A stretch of DNA of 64,000 bases from Oscillibacter sp. (GCA_017482345.1 JAFUNB010000011.1:2952-66951), one strand, 5' to 3'. Numbered from the stretch's first letter, positions 9,267 to 18,932 are shown. Translations and numbers: made by a program. The notes: generated from the letters alone by a model not told the origin.

Positions 9267-10475
9267 ATGAAGGATTTTAAAGAGTTTTTCCTGATGACCA
9301 CGGAGGACGCCAAGCGTTACGCCGTGGAGGTGCTGGGCCGGTTCCGCCCCGATGAAAAGACCGATTGCATTGAGATCGGCGACGGCAACATCAACTATGT
9401 GTTCAAGATCTGGTCTGAGGAGGACGGCCACTCCGTTATCGTCAAGCAGGCTGACCGTCTGCTGCGCTCCGCCGGCAGACCTCTGGACCAGTACCGCAAT
9501 AAGATTGAGGCCGAGATCCTGCGTCTGGAGGGCGAGCTGGCCCCCGGCTACGTGCCCGAGGTCTACTATTACGACGAGATCATGTCCGCCGTGTCCATGG
9601 AGGACATCTCCGCCTACGGCAACCTGCGTAAGGTACTGATGGCCGGCAACGTCTACGACCATCTGGCCGAAAACTTTTCCACCTTCGTGGCGGAGACCCT
9701 GCTGCCCACCACCGATCTGGTGCTGGCCGCCGACGAGAAGAAAAAGCGCGTGAAGTTCTTCACCAACCCCGAGCTGTGCGAGATCACCGAACGGCTGGTG
9801 CTGACGGAGCCCTTCTACGATTTCCGGGGCGAGAACAAGTACCAGAGCGAAAACGCCGCCTTTGTGGAGGAGACCCTCTATAACGACGACGCTCTGAAGG
9901 TTGAAGTGGGCAAGCTCCGCGAGCGCTTCATGAACAACGCTCAGGCCTTGATCCACGGCGACCTGCATTCCGGTTCCATCTTCGCCAACGAAAACGGCAT
10001 CAAGGTCATCGACCCCGAGTTCGCCTTCTACTGCCCCATGGGCTACGACATCGGCAACCTGGTGGGCAACCTGTACTTCACCTGGGCCAACAAGGCCTTT
10101 ACTGCTGCTGAGGATACTGCCGTTCTGACTGCCATCGAGGAGACGATCCGCAAGACGGTCGACTTAACCTGGGAAAAGATGAGCGCCAAGTACGATGAGC
10201 TGGTGGAGTATCCCTTCTACAAGATCCCCGCCTTCAAGGAGGCGTATCTGGCCGGCGTCATGGCTGATACCTTCGGCTATGCCGGCACCGAGATCATCCG
10301 CCGCACCGTGGGCAGCTCTAAGGTCATGGAGCTGAACACCGTTACTGATCCTGCTACCCGTGCTGCCATGGAGCGTGCGCTGGTGAAGGTGGGCGTCCGC
10401 TTCGTCAAGGAGCGTGAGAGCCTCCGCACCGGCGAGGACGCCGTTCGCGCCTTCCGCGCCATTTTGGCTGAATAA
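9267..10475 (+). CDS. mtnK: S-methyl-5-thioribose kinase
   Basis: EIGDGNINYVF, LIHGDLHSGS, IDPEFAFY, EIIRR motifs. Confidence 0.93.
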   Translation: MKDFKEFFLMTTEDAKRYAVEVLGRFRPDEKTDCIEIGDGNINYVFKIWSEEDGHSVIVKQADRLLRSAGRPLDQYRNKIEAEILRLEGELAPGYVPEVYYYDEIMSAVSMEDISAYGNLRKVLMAGNVYDHLAENFSTFVAETLLPTTDLVLAADEKKKRVKFFTNPELCEITERLVLTEPFYDFRGENKYQSENAAFVEETLYNDDALKVEVGKLRERFMNNAQALIHGDLHSGSIFANENGIKVIDPEFAFYCPMGYDIGNLVGNLYFTWANKAFTAAEDTAVLTAIEETIRKTVDLTWEKMSAKYDELVEYPFYKIPAFKEAYLAGVMADTFGYAGTEIIRRTVGSSKVMELNTVTDPATRAAMERALVKVGVRFVKERESLRTGEDAVRAFRAILAE

Positions 10476-10486
10476 GGGGAGTCTCC

Positions 10487-12244
10487 ATGAGAACATTTGG
10501 CGAGATCAAAGGTCTGATCGAAACCGGCCTGGGCCGCAATCCCTGCGATCTGAAGCTGGCCAACGTCCGGCTGGTGAACGTGTTCTCCGGCGAGGTGTAT
10601 CCCACCGATATCTATATCAAGGGCAAGCGCATCGTCTCCATCGACCCCGAGGCGGGTCTGGAGGCTGCGCAGGTCATCGACTGCGGCGGCCAGTACGCCA
10701 TGCCTGGCTTTATCGACAGCCACATGCACTTTGAGTCCACCATGCTCTCCCCTGAGGCGCTGGCCAATATCGTGGTGCCCAAGGGTACCACGACCCTGTG
10801 CGCCGACCTGATGGAGATCGCCAACGTGGCCGGCGAGGAGGGTCTGCGGGCTACGCTGGCAAGCCTTGAGCGCCTGCCCTACCGCATGCTCATCGAGGTG
10901 TCCTCCCGTGTGCCCACCGCCCCTGGTCTTGAGACCAACGGTGCCGTGCTGGGCGTGGAGGAAGTGGAGCGTATCATGGTCTGGGAGGAGAGTGTTTCCC
11001 TGGGCGAGCTGGACCCCTCCAAGATCCTGATGGTGCGGGACGAGTATCTGGAAAAGGTGGAAAAGACCCTGGCCCGCCGCAAGATTGTCAACGGCCACGC
11101 TATCGGCCGCATGGGCCAGGAGCTGAACGTCTATGCCTCTTCCGGCATTTCCGACGACCACGAGTGCGTGGAGCCTGAGGAGCTGTTGGCCCGCCTGCGC
11201 CTTGGCATGCGGGTGCTGGTTCGTGAGGGCAGCACCGAGCGCAACGTGGATACCCTGATGAAAGGTGTGCTGGACATGGGCCTCTCCTGCGAGAACCTGT
11301 GCTTCTGCACGGATGATAAGCACGCCACGGAAATTCTGGAAGAGGGCCACATCAACTATAACGTCAACCGCAGCATCCAACTGGGTGTGGATCCCATGTC
11401 CGCCATCCAGATCGCCACCATCAACGCCGCCCGCCACTTCCGGGTGGAGGATGAGATCGGCTCCATCACCCCGGGCCGTCTGGCGGATATCATCATCAGC
11501 CCCTCCATGAAAGCCGTCCAGCCCGCTATGGTGCTGTTTGAGGGCAAGCTGGTGGCCGAGAACGGCGAAATGGTGGAGCTGTGTCAGGTGGAGACCTATC
11601 CCGACTGGATCAAGGACACCGTCCATCTGAAAAACCCCATCACGGCGGAGTCTTTCCGTGTGGCGGGCGAGGGCGACAGCGCCCACGTGAACGTCATCGA
11701 GCTGATCGACAAGCAGATCATCAACAAGTGGATCACCACCGATCTGCCCGTTGCAAACGGCGCCATCCTCCACGACCTGAGCCGGGACATTGTCAAGCTG
11801 GCCGTGGTGGAGCGCTACGGCAAGACCGGCGGCGTGGGCGTCGGCTTCGTAAAGGGCTTTACCATCAAGTGCGGTGCCATGGCCTACTCCATGTCCCACG
11901 ATCACCACAACATCGTGGTGGTGGGCTGCGACGACGCTGACATGGCTCTGGCCGTCAATGAGGTGGCCCGACTCCACGGCGGCCTTGCGGTGGCCGTGGA
12001 CGGTGAGATATTAAATTCCATGCCCCTGCCCATCGGCGGCCTCATGAGCGAGGAGCCTGCCGCCGTGGTCATGGAGCTGCTGGACGGCATGAACGCCGCT
12101 GCTGAAAAGACCGGCTGCACCCTGCCTGCCCCCTTCATGACACTGAGCTTCATCTCCCTGCCCACGGTGCCGGAGCTGGGCATCACGGATCTGGGCCTGG
12201 TGGATGTGCTGCAGCATAAGCTGATCCCCCTCCTGGCGGAGTAA
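10487..12244 (+). CDS. ade: Adenine deaminase (AdeC type)
   Basis: PGFIDSHMHFES, GHA, DDHEC, REGS, CTDD, HDHHN; 585 aa. Confidence 0.9.
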   Translation: MRTFGEIKGLIETGLGRNPCDLKLANVRLVNVFSGEVYPTDIYIKGKRIVSIDPEAGLEAAQVIDCGGQYAMPGFIDSHMHFESTMLSPEALANIVVPKGTTTLCADLMEIANVAGEEGLRATLASLERLPYRMLIEVSSRVPTAPGLETNGAVLGVEEVERIMVWEESVSLGELDPSKILMVRDEYLEKVEKTLARRKIVNGHAIGRMGQELNVYASSGISDDHECVEPEELLARLRLGMRVLVREGSTERNVDTLMKGVLDMGLSCENLCFCTDDKHATEILEEGHINYNVNRSIQLGVDPMSAIQIATINAARHFRVEDEIGSITPGRLADIIISPSMKAVQPAMVLFEGKLVAENGEMVELCQVETYPDWIKDTVHLKNPITAESFRVAGEGDSAHVNVIELIDKQIINKWITTDLPVANGAILHDLSRDIVKLAVVERYGKTGGVGVGFVKGFTIKCGAMAYSMSHDHHNIVVVGCDDADMALAVNEVARLHGGLAVAVDGEILNSMPLPIGGLMSEEPAAVVMELLDGMNAAAEKTGCTLPAPFMTLSFISLPTVPELGITDLGLVDVLQHKLIPLLAE

Positions 12245-12271
12245 TTAACACGAAAGGTGTGGAAAATACAG

Positions 12272-13210
12272 ATGGATAAACGAAAACTGATTTTTGATAT
12301 GGACAGCGACGCCGATAACCTGTTGGCGCTGGCCTATGCCCTGCGCTCTCCCGAGCTGGAGGTGTTGGGCGTTGTCACCGGTCACGGCTTCTATCAGCCG
12401 GAAACGGCTGCCGCAGGCGTCAATGCCCTGCTCTCTGAGATGGGCGTGGAGCTGCCGGTGATTGCCGGCGCCCAGCGTCCCCTGATGCGGGCCAATATGG
12501 AAAAGGTCCTGGAGCGTCCTGTCCCCGGCAAGGTGATGGACACCGCTGCCTGGGACTGGATGTACCAGACCCTGAAGGCCAGCGAAGAAAAGGTGACGAT
12601 CTGCCTGCTGGGCACCGCCACCAATCTGATGCACATGCTGCATAAGTACCCCGATGCAGCGGAGAAGATCGAGAAGATCCTGTTTGCCGGCGGTGCCTTC
12701 CGGTTCGGTACCGTCACCGCCAGTGCCTGCCATAAGGTGTATTTCGACGCTGAGGGTATGCAGTTCCTCATGCACGCTGGCGTGCCCTTTTATGTGGCTA
12801 CCGTGGATGTGACTTCCGGCTACGAGGGCGGCACCGATGTGGCTGCCTTCATGGAGAAGCTGGGCGGCGTCTGGGGCGATGTGGCCGCAAAGGCGGCGCC
12901 CGCCGTACCCGCCACTCGCGTCCTGCGGGCCCCTCTGGCCATGGTGTCCCTGACCCATCCGGAGCTGTTTGGTTACGGCCATTATAAGTGCAACGTGGAG
13001 CTTCACGGCGCGCTGACCTACGGCATGACTGTCATCTACCGTAACGGTTTCGACGGCGTCATTGAGCTGGAGAACGGCGAGAAGGTCCGCGTGGAAGTGG
13101 CCGAAAAGGACAAGAACGTCTGGGACATGAAGGAGTTTGACCGTCAGCAGGTAATGGCTATCGTCACCGAGCGCATCGGCGGCGTGACAAAGAATGGAGG
13201 TGCCGCATGA
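12272..13210 (+). CDS. Nucleoside hydrolase-like protein with degenerate active site
   Basis: IU-NH fold motifs (LGTATNL, VELHGALTYGMTV) but DMDSDADN instead of DxDxGxDD, and no HD motif. Confidence 0.75.
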   Translation: MDKRKLIFDMDSDADNLLALAYALRSPELEVLGVVTGHGFYQPETAAAGVNALLSEMGVELPVIAGAQRPLMRANMEKVLERPVPGKVMDTAAWDWMYQTLKASEEKVTICLLGTATNLMHMLHKYPDAAEKIEKILFAGGAFRFGTVTASACHKVYFDAEGMQFLMHAGVPFYVATVDVTSGYEGGTDVAAFMEKLGGVWGDVAAKAAPAVPATRVLRAPLAMVSLTHPELFGYGHYKCNVELHGALTYGMTVIYRNGFDGVIELENGEKVRVEVAEKDKNVWDMKEFDRQQVMAIVTERIGGVTKNGGAA

Positions 13211-14178
13211 GCGAAGTAAAGAAGATCCCTGTCATTCTGGACGCGGACACCGGCGTGGATGATACCATGGCGCTGCTGCTGGCCGCCCAGCATCCCGCCC
13301 TGAACGTGCTGGCCATCACCGGTACTTTCGGCAACACTACCACGGAGTATGCCACCAAGAACACCCTCAACGCCATGGCCATGTGCGGCCGGGAGGATAT
13401 CCCTGTGGCTGCCGGCACCCCCGTGCCCTGGAAGAAGGAGCTGCGTACCTCTCCCTACATCCACGGCGACAACGGCGTGGGCGAGTATGAGTATCCCGAG
13501 AATCACACCGCCGCCCTCAGCGGTGAGTATGCCTGGGACCTGACTTACCGCAAGATCATGGAGCATCCCGAAAAGGTCAACTACATCGCCCAGGGTCCCC
13601 TGACCAACCTGGCCACCATGCTGCGCAAGTACCCGGAGGTCAAGGAGCGTCTGGACAAAGTCATTTACATGGGCGGCGAGCTGCGGGGCGACTCCGCCGG
13701 CTCCCAGTGCGCCAGTGTCAACGTGTTCCATGACCCCGACGCAGCCCAGTATGTGCTGAAAGCCGGTCTGGACTTCCACATGTGCTCCGGCGGTGCCGTC
13801 ACCTGCCATGTGGGCTTCGGCTGGGACGAGCTGGAGGAGAACTTTGGCGACTGGGGCGATAAGGGCAAGGTCATTCTGCACATGCTGAAGTTCTATTTCG
13901 GCAAGTGCGGCGCTTTTGAAGGCGAGGTCAGAAAGATGCCCATACATGATACCCCTGTCATCATGTATCTGGTGGAGCCGGAGTGCTTCACCACCGAGCG
14001 CGTCCACTGCGAGGTGGAGCTGGACGGCCCCGAGTCCTACGGTTACTCCCTCATTGACCTGTACAACATCAACGGCTGGAGCGAGGAGGAAAAGAACATC
14101 CACTTCGTCCGCGTCAAGCCCGACAAGACCGGCTATCTGGCCCAGCGCATCATGAAGGGCATCAAGGGCGAGCTGTAA
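13207..14178 (+). CDS. Nucleoside hydrolase (IU-NH family)
   Basis: DADTGVDD, HGDNG, GPLTNLA, MGG, NVFHDPDAA, IHD motifs. Confidence 0.9.
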   Translation: MSEVKKIPVILDADTGVDDTMALLLAAQHPALNVLAITGTFGNTTTEYATKNTLNAMAMCGREDIPVAAGTPVPWKKELRTSPYIHGDNGVGEYEYPENHTAALSGEYAWDLTYRKIMEHPEKVNYIAQGPLTNLATMLRKYPEVKERLDKVIYMGGELRGDSAGSQCASVNVFHDPDAAQYVLKAGLDFHMCSGGAVTCHVGFGWDELEENFGDWGDKGKVILHMLKFYFGKCGAFEGEVRKMPIHDTPVIMYLVEPECFTTERVHCEVELDGPESYGYSLIDLYNINGWSEEEKNIHFVRVKPDKTGYLAQRIMKGIKGEL

Positions 14179-14202
14179 GACCTGGAAAAGGAGGAATCAG
14201 CT

Positions 14203-14421
14203 TTGACGTGTCCGTATTGCGGCGGTGAAATGAACAAGGGATCCCTCCATGACGGCACAAACCCGGTGCAGTGGATTCCGGAAGGGGGGAAAACGCCCTT
14301 CTGGAAATATTCCCTGGGTAAAGATGCCATCCAGCTGGGCGGCGGAGGCGCGTGGAAGGGGTATTCTGTTGCTGCTTGGCGCTGTCCGGTCTGCAGGGTG
14401 GTCATGATTCCGGAACAATAA
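14203..14421 (+). CDS. Small Zn-ribbon-like hypothetical protein (CPYC...CPVC)
   Basis: AGGAGG RBS, TTG start, two CxxC motifs, followed by a terminator. Confidence 0.7.
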   Translation: MTCPYCGGEMNKGSLHDGTNPVQWIPEGGKTPFWKYSLGKDAIQLGGGGAWKGYSVAAWRCPVCRVVMIPEQ

Positions 14422-14424
14422 AGG

Positions 14425-14460
14425 AAAAAGCGGGGAATGGAAGTCCATTCCCCGCTTTTT
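14425..14460. terminator. Bidirectional intrinsic terminator
   Basis: aaaaagcggggaatgga-ag-tccattccccgcttttt between convergent genes. Confidence 0.88.
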
Positions 14461-14470
14461 GCGGCATTTT

Positions 14471-15634
14471 TTACAGGCTCATCTTCAGGATGTTGTGGAT
14501 GTCCTCCACGCTCAGGGGCACGAAGGTGCGGTCGAAACCGGCGCCGCGGGCCTTCTGGGCCATCAGCTCCAGCTTGCTCTCGTCGATGCCGACCTCGGTC
14601 AGAGTGGCGGGCAGGCCCAGGGAGTTGAAGAACTCGCGGGTCATGTCGATGGCCTTCTCAGCCAGTTCGCGCTGGGGCAGGGAGGCGTCCAGACCCCACA
14701 CGTTGACGCCGTAGGCGGCGAAACGGTGCTCGGTCTTCTCATTCAGGACGTAGCGCATCCAGTTGGGAGTCAGGATGGCCAGACCCACGCCGTGGGTGAT
14801 GTCATAGAAGGCGGACAGCTCATGCTCGATGGCGTGGACGCTCCATGCCACGGGTTTGCCCATATCCAGGAAGCCGTTGATGGCCCAGGAGGAGCACCAC
14901 ATCAGGTTGGCGCGGGCCTCGTAGTCATCGGGAGTGGCGAGGGCGCGGGGGCCGTACTTGATGCAGGCCTTCAGGATGGCCTCGGCCAGGCTGTCAGCCA
15001 GGAAGGAGTCCTCGATGGGGCTGAAGTAGTTCTCGAAGGTGTGGGACATGATGTCGGCGGTGCCGGCAGCAGTCTGGCTGGCGGGCAGAGAGCAGGTGTA
15101 GGTGGGGTCCAGGATGGACACGGTGGGCAGGCAGGCGGGGGCGCCGAAGGCCAGCTTCTCGTTGGTGTCCATGTCGGAGATGACGGCGATGTTGTCCATC
15201 TCGGAGCCGGTGGCGGCCATGGTCAGGACGGTGTAGATGGGGAGAGCGGTCTCGGGGGTGGCCTTGCCGCTGGGGAAGTCCCATGCGTCGCCGTCGTAGC
15301 AGGCGCCGGCTGCGATGGCCTTGGAGCAGTCGATGGTGCTGCCGCCGCCCAGAGCCAGAACGCCGTCCAGCTTGTTCTCGCGGCACAGTTCAACGCCCTT
15401 GCGGACGGTGGTGATGCGGGGGTTGGGCTCGACACCGCCCAGCTCGACCCACTCGATACCGTTGGCCTTCAGCTGCTCCACAGCGCCGTCATACACGCCG
15501 TTGCGCTTGATGCTTCCGCCGCCGTAGACCATCAGGATGCGGGTGGAGCGCTTGGCGATCTCAGCGCCCAGCTTCTTGATCTGGCCCTGACCGAAATGGA
15601 CAGTGGTGGGAATGGAATACGTGAAATTCTTCAT
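14471..15634 (-). CDS. Iron-containing alcohol dehydrogenase (BdhA/YqhD-like)
   Basis: GGGSIK, GVEPNP, GGGSTIDCSK, TMAATGSE, DIMSH, HAIEHELS, HGVGLA; start MKNFTY. Confidence 0.92.
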   Translation of the reverse strand: MKNFTYSIPTTVHFGQGQIKKLGAEIAKRSTRILMVYGGGSIKRNGVYDGAVEQLKANGIEWVELGGVEPNPRITTVRKGVELCRENKLDGVLALGGGSTIDCSKAIAAGACYDGDAWDFPSGKATPETALPIYTVLTMAATGSEMDNIAVISDMDTNEKLAFGAPACLPTVSILDPTYTCSLPASQTAAGTADIMSHTFENYFSPIEDSFLADSLAEAILKACIKYGPRALATPDDYEARANLMWCSSWAINGFLDMGKPVAWSVHAIEHELSAFYDITHGVGLAILTPNWMRYVLNEKTEHRFAAYGVNVWGLDASLPQRELAEKAIDMTREFFNSLGLPATLTEVGIDESKLELMAQKARGAGFDRTFVPLSVEDIHNILKMSL

Positions 15635-15781
15635 AAAAACAAACCATACCTTTCCGCTGCGGTGGCAGCGTAATATTTGAAATTTACCAATTAACATGCT
15701 ACCACACAAACCAACAACAGTCAACAAACGAATCGTGCAACGAAAATGTGGAGAATTCTGTTGAACTTGTGGAAAAAATGA

Positions 15782-15810
15782 TTGACGTGCACTGGGGATT
15801 GTGCCATAAT
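15782..15810 (+). promoter_or_regulatory. Sigma-A promoter for the DeoR gene
   Basis: TTGACG-N17-CATAAT with extended TG; inverted repeat AAATGAACA-N7-TGTTCATTT downstream at 15916-15940. Confidence 0.65.
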
Positions 15811-15967
15811 ATATCGGCGTGATTCTGTGCAAATGGGACAAAAATGTGTTTTTTGCGCGGGATGCCCGCAAAAAGTATCCCCCGAAACGGGGGCGCATAT
15901 CAAACGAGAGAACGGAAATGAACAGGTTTTGTGTTCATTTGGAGCGATAGAAAGGATGCCCACGGCC

Positions 15968-16735
15968 ATGATGACCGCACAGAGAAGAGACGAACTGAAA
16001 AAATACATGCTGGAACACAAAAGCGCCACAGTGCTGGACATGGCGGAACGCTTTGCCGTCAGCGGACAGACCATCCGCCGGGACTTTGAGGCCATGGAGA
16101 AGGAGGGCTTTCTGGTGCGCTCTTACGGCGGCGCCATGATCAAGGATCCCAAGACTGTGGCGGTGTCCAATCAGGTGAAGCGGGAGCTGTTGGTGGACGA
16201 AAAGCGGATCATTGCCCGCCAGGCGGTGACGCTGATCCACCCCAACGACTGCATCTTCATCGACCATTCCACCACGGCGGTGGCCCTGTGCGATGAGATC
16301 CGGGACATGCACCTGACGGTGGTCACCAACTCCCACCGGGTCATCAGCGCCCTCTCCGGCTGCACCAACATCCACCTCATCTGCACCGGCGGCACCTTCC
16401 ACGGCGGAATCGAGGGGTTCACCGGCATCGAGACTGTGAACTATCTCCGGCAGCACTGTGTGGACAAGGCCTTCATCTCCTGCCGGGCCATTGATCCCCA
16501 GCGAGGCATCAACGACGCCTACGAGACCGTGGCCAACGTCCGCCAGACGGTGGTGGACAATTCTGACAGTGTGATCCTGCTGGCGGACCACACCAAGTTC
16601 GGCAAGTCCGGCTTCATCACCATCTGCCCCCTGGACCGGCTGGATTATTTGGTCACCGACCGGCCGCTGGACGAGCAGTGGCGGGCGCTGCTGACGGAAA
16701 ACCGCGTGGACGTGCTGGACGGCATGGACGAATAA
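15968..16735 (+). CDS. DeoR/GlpR family transcriptional regulator
   Basis: HTH VSGQTIRRD..RSYGGA, sensor IFIDHSTT, VVTNS, LADHTKFG; start uncertain (15956-15971). Confidence 0.92.
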   Translation: MMTAQRRDELKKYMLEHKSATVLDMAERFAVSGQTIRRDFEAMEKEGFLVRSYGGAMIKDPKTVAVSNQVKRELLVDEKRIIARQAVTLIHPNDCIFIDHSTTAVALCDEIRDMHLTVVTNSHRVISALSGCTNIHLICTGGTFHGGIEGFTGIETVNYLRQHCVDKAFISCRAIDPQRGINDAYETVANVRQTVVDNSDSVILLADHTKFGKSGFITICPLDRLDYLVTDRPLDEQWRALLTENRVDVLDGMDE

Positions 16736-16740
16736 GCAAC

Positions 16741-16776
16741 AAAAAAATCCGCGAACGAGCTTCGTTCGCGGATTTT
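16741..16776. terminator. Bidirectional intrinsic terminator
   Basis: aaaatccgcgaacga-gct-tcgttcgcggatttt between convergent genes. Confidence 0.85.
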
Positions 16777-16790
16777 CTGCGTCTTTTGGC

Positions 16791-18089
16791 TTAGTACAGG
16801 CGCTCCACGGAGGCCCGGCACTCGTACAGGATCTGCTCCTTGTCCAGCGTCAGGAACTCGCCGTTTTCATAGATGATGCGGCCGTCCACCATGTTCATCA
16901 CCACATCGCTGCCCTGGGCGGAATAGGTGACCAGAGCCAGGGGATCGATCACGGGATACAGATGGGGCTGATCCAGATCAAAGGCGATGATGTCGGCCTT
17001 CTTGCCCACTTCCAGAGAGCCGGTGTCGCCGCGGCCCTGGAGCTTGGCGCCGTTGGCCGTGGCCATGGTCAGCAGCTGCCAGGGCTTCATGATGGTGGGA
17101 TCGCCGGTGAAGCCGTTGTGCAGCACGGCTGCCAGATGCATCTCCTCCATCAGGTTCAGGTTGTTGTTGCTGGCGGCGCCGTCGGTGCCAAGCGTCACGT
17201 TGATGCCCATGTCCAGCATCCTGGAGACGGGAGCAAAGCCGCTGCCCAGCTTCATGTTGCTGGTGGGGTTGTGAACGGCGCTGACGCCGTACTCCTTCAT
17301 AATGGCCATGTCCTCCTCCGTGACCCACACGCAATGGGCGGCGAAGGTGGGGGAGTCAAAGGTGCCCAGATCCCGGAACCACTGGGCGGGGGTCTTGCCG
17401 TACTTGGCGACGCACTCGTCGTGCTCCCGCTTGGTCTCGGACAGGTGGATGTGCATCCGGCCGCCCCATTCGCGGCACAGGTCGCTGTAGGGACGGACGA
17501 TGTGCTCAAAGTTGGTGTACTCGGCGTGGATGGCGAAGTCCACCAGCACGCGGCCGTCAGCCAGACCGTTGCAGGTCTGATACAGGTCCATGAACTGCTT
17601 CACGCGGATGTTGTCCTCGTAGCGCTCGTTGGGATCGAAGCACTGGACGGGGCGGGAGATGTTGGCCTTGATGCCCGCCTGCATGGCGTTTTCCACGGCG
17701 GTCTTCGGCTCGAAATACATATCGGAGTAGCTGGTGGTGCCGGTGGAGATCATCTCCAGCAGGGCCAGGGCGTTGCCGGCCTTGATGTCCCGGGCGGTCA
17801 GCTTGTCCTCGATGGGCATCATCTTTTCGAACAGCCACTCCTGCAGGGGCAGGTCGCTGCCCACGCCCCGCAGCAGCGTCATGGCGGTGTGGCCGTGGCA
17901 GTTGATGAGACCGGGGCACAGCAGGCGGTGGGTCATGTCCTTTTCCTGGCCGTAAGCAGCTTCAGGCTTTTCGGCGCCGATGTAATCAATGGTATCGCCG
18001 TCAATGCCCAGATAGCCGTTTTTGATCCAGTTGTAGCCGCCAGCGCCGTCGGCGGCCAGAATGTCGCAGTTTTTCAGCAGCAGCTTCAT
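16791..18089 (-). CDS. mtaD: 5'-methylthioadenosine/SAH deaminase-like amidohydrolase
   Basis: PGLINCHGH, HAEYT, HIHLSET, AAHCVW, HNPTSNMKLGSG, LGTDGAASNN. Confidence 0.82.
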   Translation of the reverse strand: MKLLLKNCDILAADGAGGYNWIKNGYLGIDGDTIDYIGAEKPEAAYGQEKDMTHRLLCPGLINCHGHTAMTLLRGVGSDLPLQEWLFEKMMPIEDKLTARDIKAGNALALLEMISTGTTSYSDMYFEPKTAVENAMQAGIKANISRPVQCFDPNERYEDNIRVKQFMDLYQTCNGLADGRVLVDFAIHAEYTNFEHIVRPYSDLCREWGGRMHIHLSETKREHDECVAKYGKTPAQWFRDLGTFDSPTFAAHCVWVTEEDMAIMKEYGVSAVHNPTSNMKLGSGFAPVSRMLDMGINVTLGTDGAASNNNLNLMEEMHLAAVLHNGFTGDPTIMKPWQLLTMATANGAKLQGRGDTGSLEVGKKADIIAFDLDQPHLYPVIDPLALVTYSAQGSDVVMNMVDGRIIYENGEFLTLDKEQILYECRASVERLY

Positions 18090-18110
18090 CAGTCAGCGTC
18101 CTTTCTGCGG

Positions 18111-18932
18111 TCAGATGGCGGCGACGATCTTCTTCATGTACTCGCTGAAGGGGCCTGCCACCACCTGGGCAGTCTCGTCCACCTCGTCGGTGGTCAGAGG
18201 CTGATCCAGCACGCCGGCGCCCATGTTGGTGACGACGGCCATGGCCAGCAGAGGCAGGCCGCAGTGAGCGGCGGTCAGGGCCTCGGTGACGGTGGACATA
18301 CCGGCGCAGTCGGCGCCCAGGATGCGGGCGGCGCGGATCTCGGCGGGAGTCTCGAACTGGGGGCCGGTGAAGAACATGTAAACGCCCTCGTGGACACGCA
18401 GGCCGGTGCCCTTGGCGCACTCCAGAGCGATCTTACGCAGCTCGGGGGTGTACATATTGGAGATGTCGAAGAAGCGGGGGCCGAACTCGGGCACGTTGGG
18501 GCCGCGCAGAGGGCTGTGGCCGTTGAGCTTGATGTGATCCTTCAGGATCATGACGTCGCCGGGACGGTAGCCGGTGTTGATAGCGCCGGAGGCATTGGTC
18601 AGGATAACGGTCTTGACGCCCAGCAGCTTGAACAGGCGGATGGGGATGACCAGCTGTTCAAAGTCGTAGCCCTCATAGGAGTGGAAACGGCCGGACATGC
18701 AGACCACCTTGCGGCCGCAGACGGTGCCGAAAATCAGCTTGCCGGCGTGGGAAGCCACGGTGGACACCAGGAAATTGGGGATGTCCTTATAGTCAATGGT
18801 GATGGGATCCTCGATCTGCTGGGCGAAGGGGCCCAGGCAGGAGCCCAGAACGATGGCGATCTCGGGAGTGAAGTCCACCTTGCTCTTCACATAGTCGGCG
18901 CTCTTCTGGAAATATTCGTAAGTGTAACCCAT
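18111..18932 (-). CDS. punA: Purine nucleoside phosphorylase (trimeric NP-I)
   Basis: IVLGS, HAG, GRFHSYEGY, TNASG, GPQFETPAE, GMSTV; start MGYTY after GGAGG. Confidence 0.9.
   Translation of the reverse strand: MGYTYEYFQKSADYVKSKVDFTPEIAIVLGSCLGPFAQQIEDPITIDYKDIPNFLVSTVASHAGKLIFGTVCGRKVVCMSGRFHSYEGYDFEQLVIPIRLFKLLGVKTVILTNASGAINTGYRPGDVMILKDHIKLNGHSPLRGPNVPEFGPRFFDISNMYTPELRKIALECAKGTGLRVHEGVYMFFTGPQFETPAEIRAARILGADCAGMSTVTEALTAAHCGLPLLAMAVVTNMGAGVLDQPLTTDEVDETAQVVAGPFSEYMKKIVAAI

Noticed and set aside
15635-15960. Long N-terminal extensions of the ADH and DeoR ORFs
   Set aside because: They overlap each other and the AT-rich promoter region; family homology starts at MKNFTY and MMTAQRR.
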